DNA from: Magallana gigas
Lineage: Eukaryota
Direction: 5' to 3'
DNA: 64,000 bases
Assembly: GCF_963853765.1 (NCBI RefSeq)
Contig: NC_088858.1
Location: forward strand, 15,500,001-15,564,000
Made by a program: the position numbers and the translations under genes. Within the stretch, counting starts at the first letter, position 1. Every line of letters starts with the position of its first letter. Below, piece after piece: positions 62,086 to 64,000 of this stretch. Below the pieces are notes generated by a model. That model saw only the letters and a list, made by a program, of their open reading frames with translations, did not search any database and was not told where the DNA came from.

Positions 62086-64000
62086 AACTGGACACCTCTT
62101 TCAAGCTTTTAATTTAATAGTGCTTGATAATGAAAACAAAATAAATCTATTCAGGTCAGCACAGGAACCGTATATAATGTTAAAATTGAAAGAAAATCAA
62201 ACAACTATAAACAAATTAAAGTGAAATAAAACCTCACAAAACCATTACCAAAATCAAAAGGATCACAGCCTTTTCTGAAATCAATCAAAACTAGTACCGG
62301 TAAAAACATGTACATGAACAGGGGCTAGTGTTGTCACGATGATTGAATTTCAATCAATGATCAGTTGAAAAGGTTGTCGATTTATCATAATCGATTTTAG
62401 ATTTTATAATCAATTATACTCAGTCTGGGTTTATTACATTAATATTATACCTATCATTTTGTTTTCTAATCTGTATTGAATGAAATGAAAACTGTTGTGA
62501 GCTGGGGGTTTTCTTCAATCTCAAAAGATGTGTAACATTCTACCCAATAAAAATACAGCAAAAGTCTTATAAGCTTTTAAAAGGAAGTGAAAATAGCACT
62601 TATATATTTTAGATTATACATAGCATAAAATTTAGTGCCCCATATTATTGAATTTAATATAATTTGTTACCGATTCGATTATTGACCGATCATCAGTTGG
62701 CAAGAGACAACCAATTCTGCTGATTAATTGATCACGATTCTTAACCTATTTAACAACACTAACAGAAGTTTTAGGCTTGTTTTTCAATAAAAACATATAA
62801 ATTATCTATTCTGATACTTTTTAAATTCTTGAGAAAAACCTATTTTTTAGATTAGTTTAAAACAAATCAATGTACGAAAAAATGCAAAAACAAAACCAAA
62901 GCCAGATAACAAGATATCCAAAGCCTGATTGTAAATCACTAAACTCTCTCTTAATAATTATTTTTTGTGTATAATTAATCCAACCATTTTCCTACCTTGC
63001 TGCGCCACCGCAAGCTTTTCCCATCACAACCATAGTCATATACATGAAGTATCTCTTCCCCAACCACAATGTCTCTCTTAGCAAACAATCATAGGTATTC
63101 CCTTACATTAAACACTCTGAGTTTATGGTGGAGTTTGCATCGTCCTTGCCATCATTTACAAACTGGCAGATACATGTATGGTTGTTCACTCCTGACAGCA
63201 TCAATACTACAGTGTACATAAAAAGAAATCAAACCTTAAATAAGAAGCATATAATTACTGGTATTTTTGCTTGACTTCATTAGAATTGTTTATAGTTATT
63301 TCTAGAAACATTACTGCCATACATAAATGTTAAAATATTACATTTAGCTGCAGGTCTGTATTTCCTGGTTTGAAAAAAAAATTTGGATAAATGTTGCTTC
63401 AATTTTTTTTTTCACATCAGGAGCTACATACTTCCAGCTTCATGTAAATATGTATAAATCGTATTACCAAACTTCTTTTCCATTATATTTATAGATAAAT
63501 ATTTTGCTTTCTGTGCTTGTCTTCAATCTCTCCTCCCCATCCTGTCCTTTTAATGTTTCTCTTGCAGGAGAAAATCTCCACTGACATGACTGGTTGTGCT
63601 AATAAGTCCAAAACCTACATTAAAACCACAAGCACCTGTGTGAAAGCATTGTTTATATGCAAAGAAATTTTTTGGATTCATAAACATCTACATTAAGCCC
63701 CATTCACAATTGGCGTACGAGCACTTTACAACTCTTTGCAATCAGAATGTTTTAGATTCGCACGAGCTCTCTCATATATTGCATGAGGTCTCGCATTTGT
63801 TGCATGCGTTTTAGTGCTTGCATCAAGTCTCCTTAAAAATTGTGGACATGCACACTATTCAGACGCAACTGAATGCGATCCAAATCATCGCAGTGCAATG
63901 CACGAACAATATATAGTACGAACATTTTACAACATTTTGTATACTCGCAAGAGTGCAGGTGCATGATTTTTAAAGGTCATAAGATGAATCGCTGCTGTAG

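Larger units (their letters stand above)
55233..63614 (-). pseudogene. Decayed multi-exon gene with an N-terminal SET domain (PR-Set7/KMT5A-like motifs), repeated small exons and a charged helical C-terminal exon
   Basis: Exon 63614-63468: GFGL..GDFLLQ/..EERL..FIYKYNGKEVW. Exon 63206-62996: CIDA..FVND..N..LFAKRDIVVGEEIL-YDYG..WR, with frameshifts and a TGA. Phase-1 exons at 61497-61408, 61045-60953, 59375-59283, 59048-58956, 57258-57175 and a last exon 55408-55233. Linking all exons into one gene is inferred from strand and phase. Confidence 0.65.

Overview
AT-rich eukaryotic genomic DNA with spliceosomal introns and four N gaps. It is most likely a bivalve: the ~167-bp repeat and Helentron/HINE-type elements resemble those known from Crassostrea/Magallana oysters (inference, no search run). 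(1) The main feature is a co-oriented tandem cluster of secreted Gly/Ala/Ser-rich, silk-like structural protein genes. Four copies are intact (CDS 1537-2400, 16997-17916, 32789-33956, 41029-42154) and one is a 5'-less fragment (34594-35405). The intact copies share a CRE-like site plus TATA promoter, a non-coding exon 1, a 16-aa signal peptide and Ala/Ser-turn-Ala/Ser modules, with paralog-specific repeats. All five have a final phase-0 intron that yields a conserved basic C-terminus ending (K/R)VY-stop, which the ORF track misses. Copy 3 looks like a chimera formed when a segment of copy 5 invaded an ancestral gene whose 3' remainder is the fragment. (2) A recent but disabled full-length BEL/Pao LTR retrotransposon (2871-10446, minus) sits just downstream of copy 1. 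(3) A minus-strand gene for a secreted TSP1-repeat protein with a Thr-rich mucin-like tail (43649-47711) carries a frameshift and a stop. (4) A decayed minus-strand multi-exon SET-domain gene (55233-63614) contains a ~320-340-bp tandem repeat that is really a series of duplicated 93-nt symmetric exons. (5) There are many non-autonomous elements, microsatellites, and an excess of TA-CnnG-TA excision-footprint-like motifs. All alignments and counts were done by eye.
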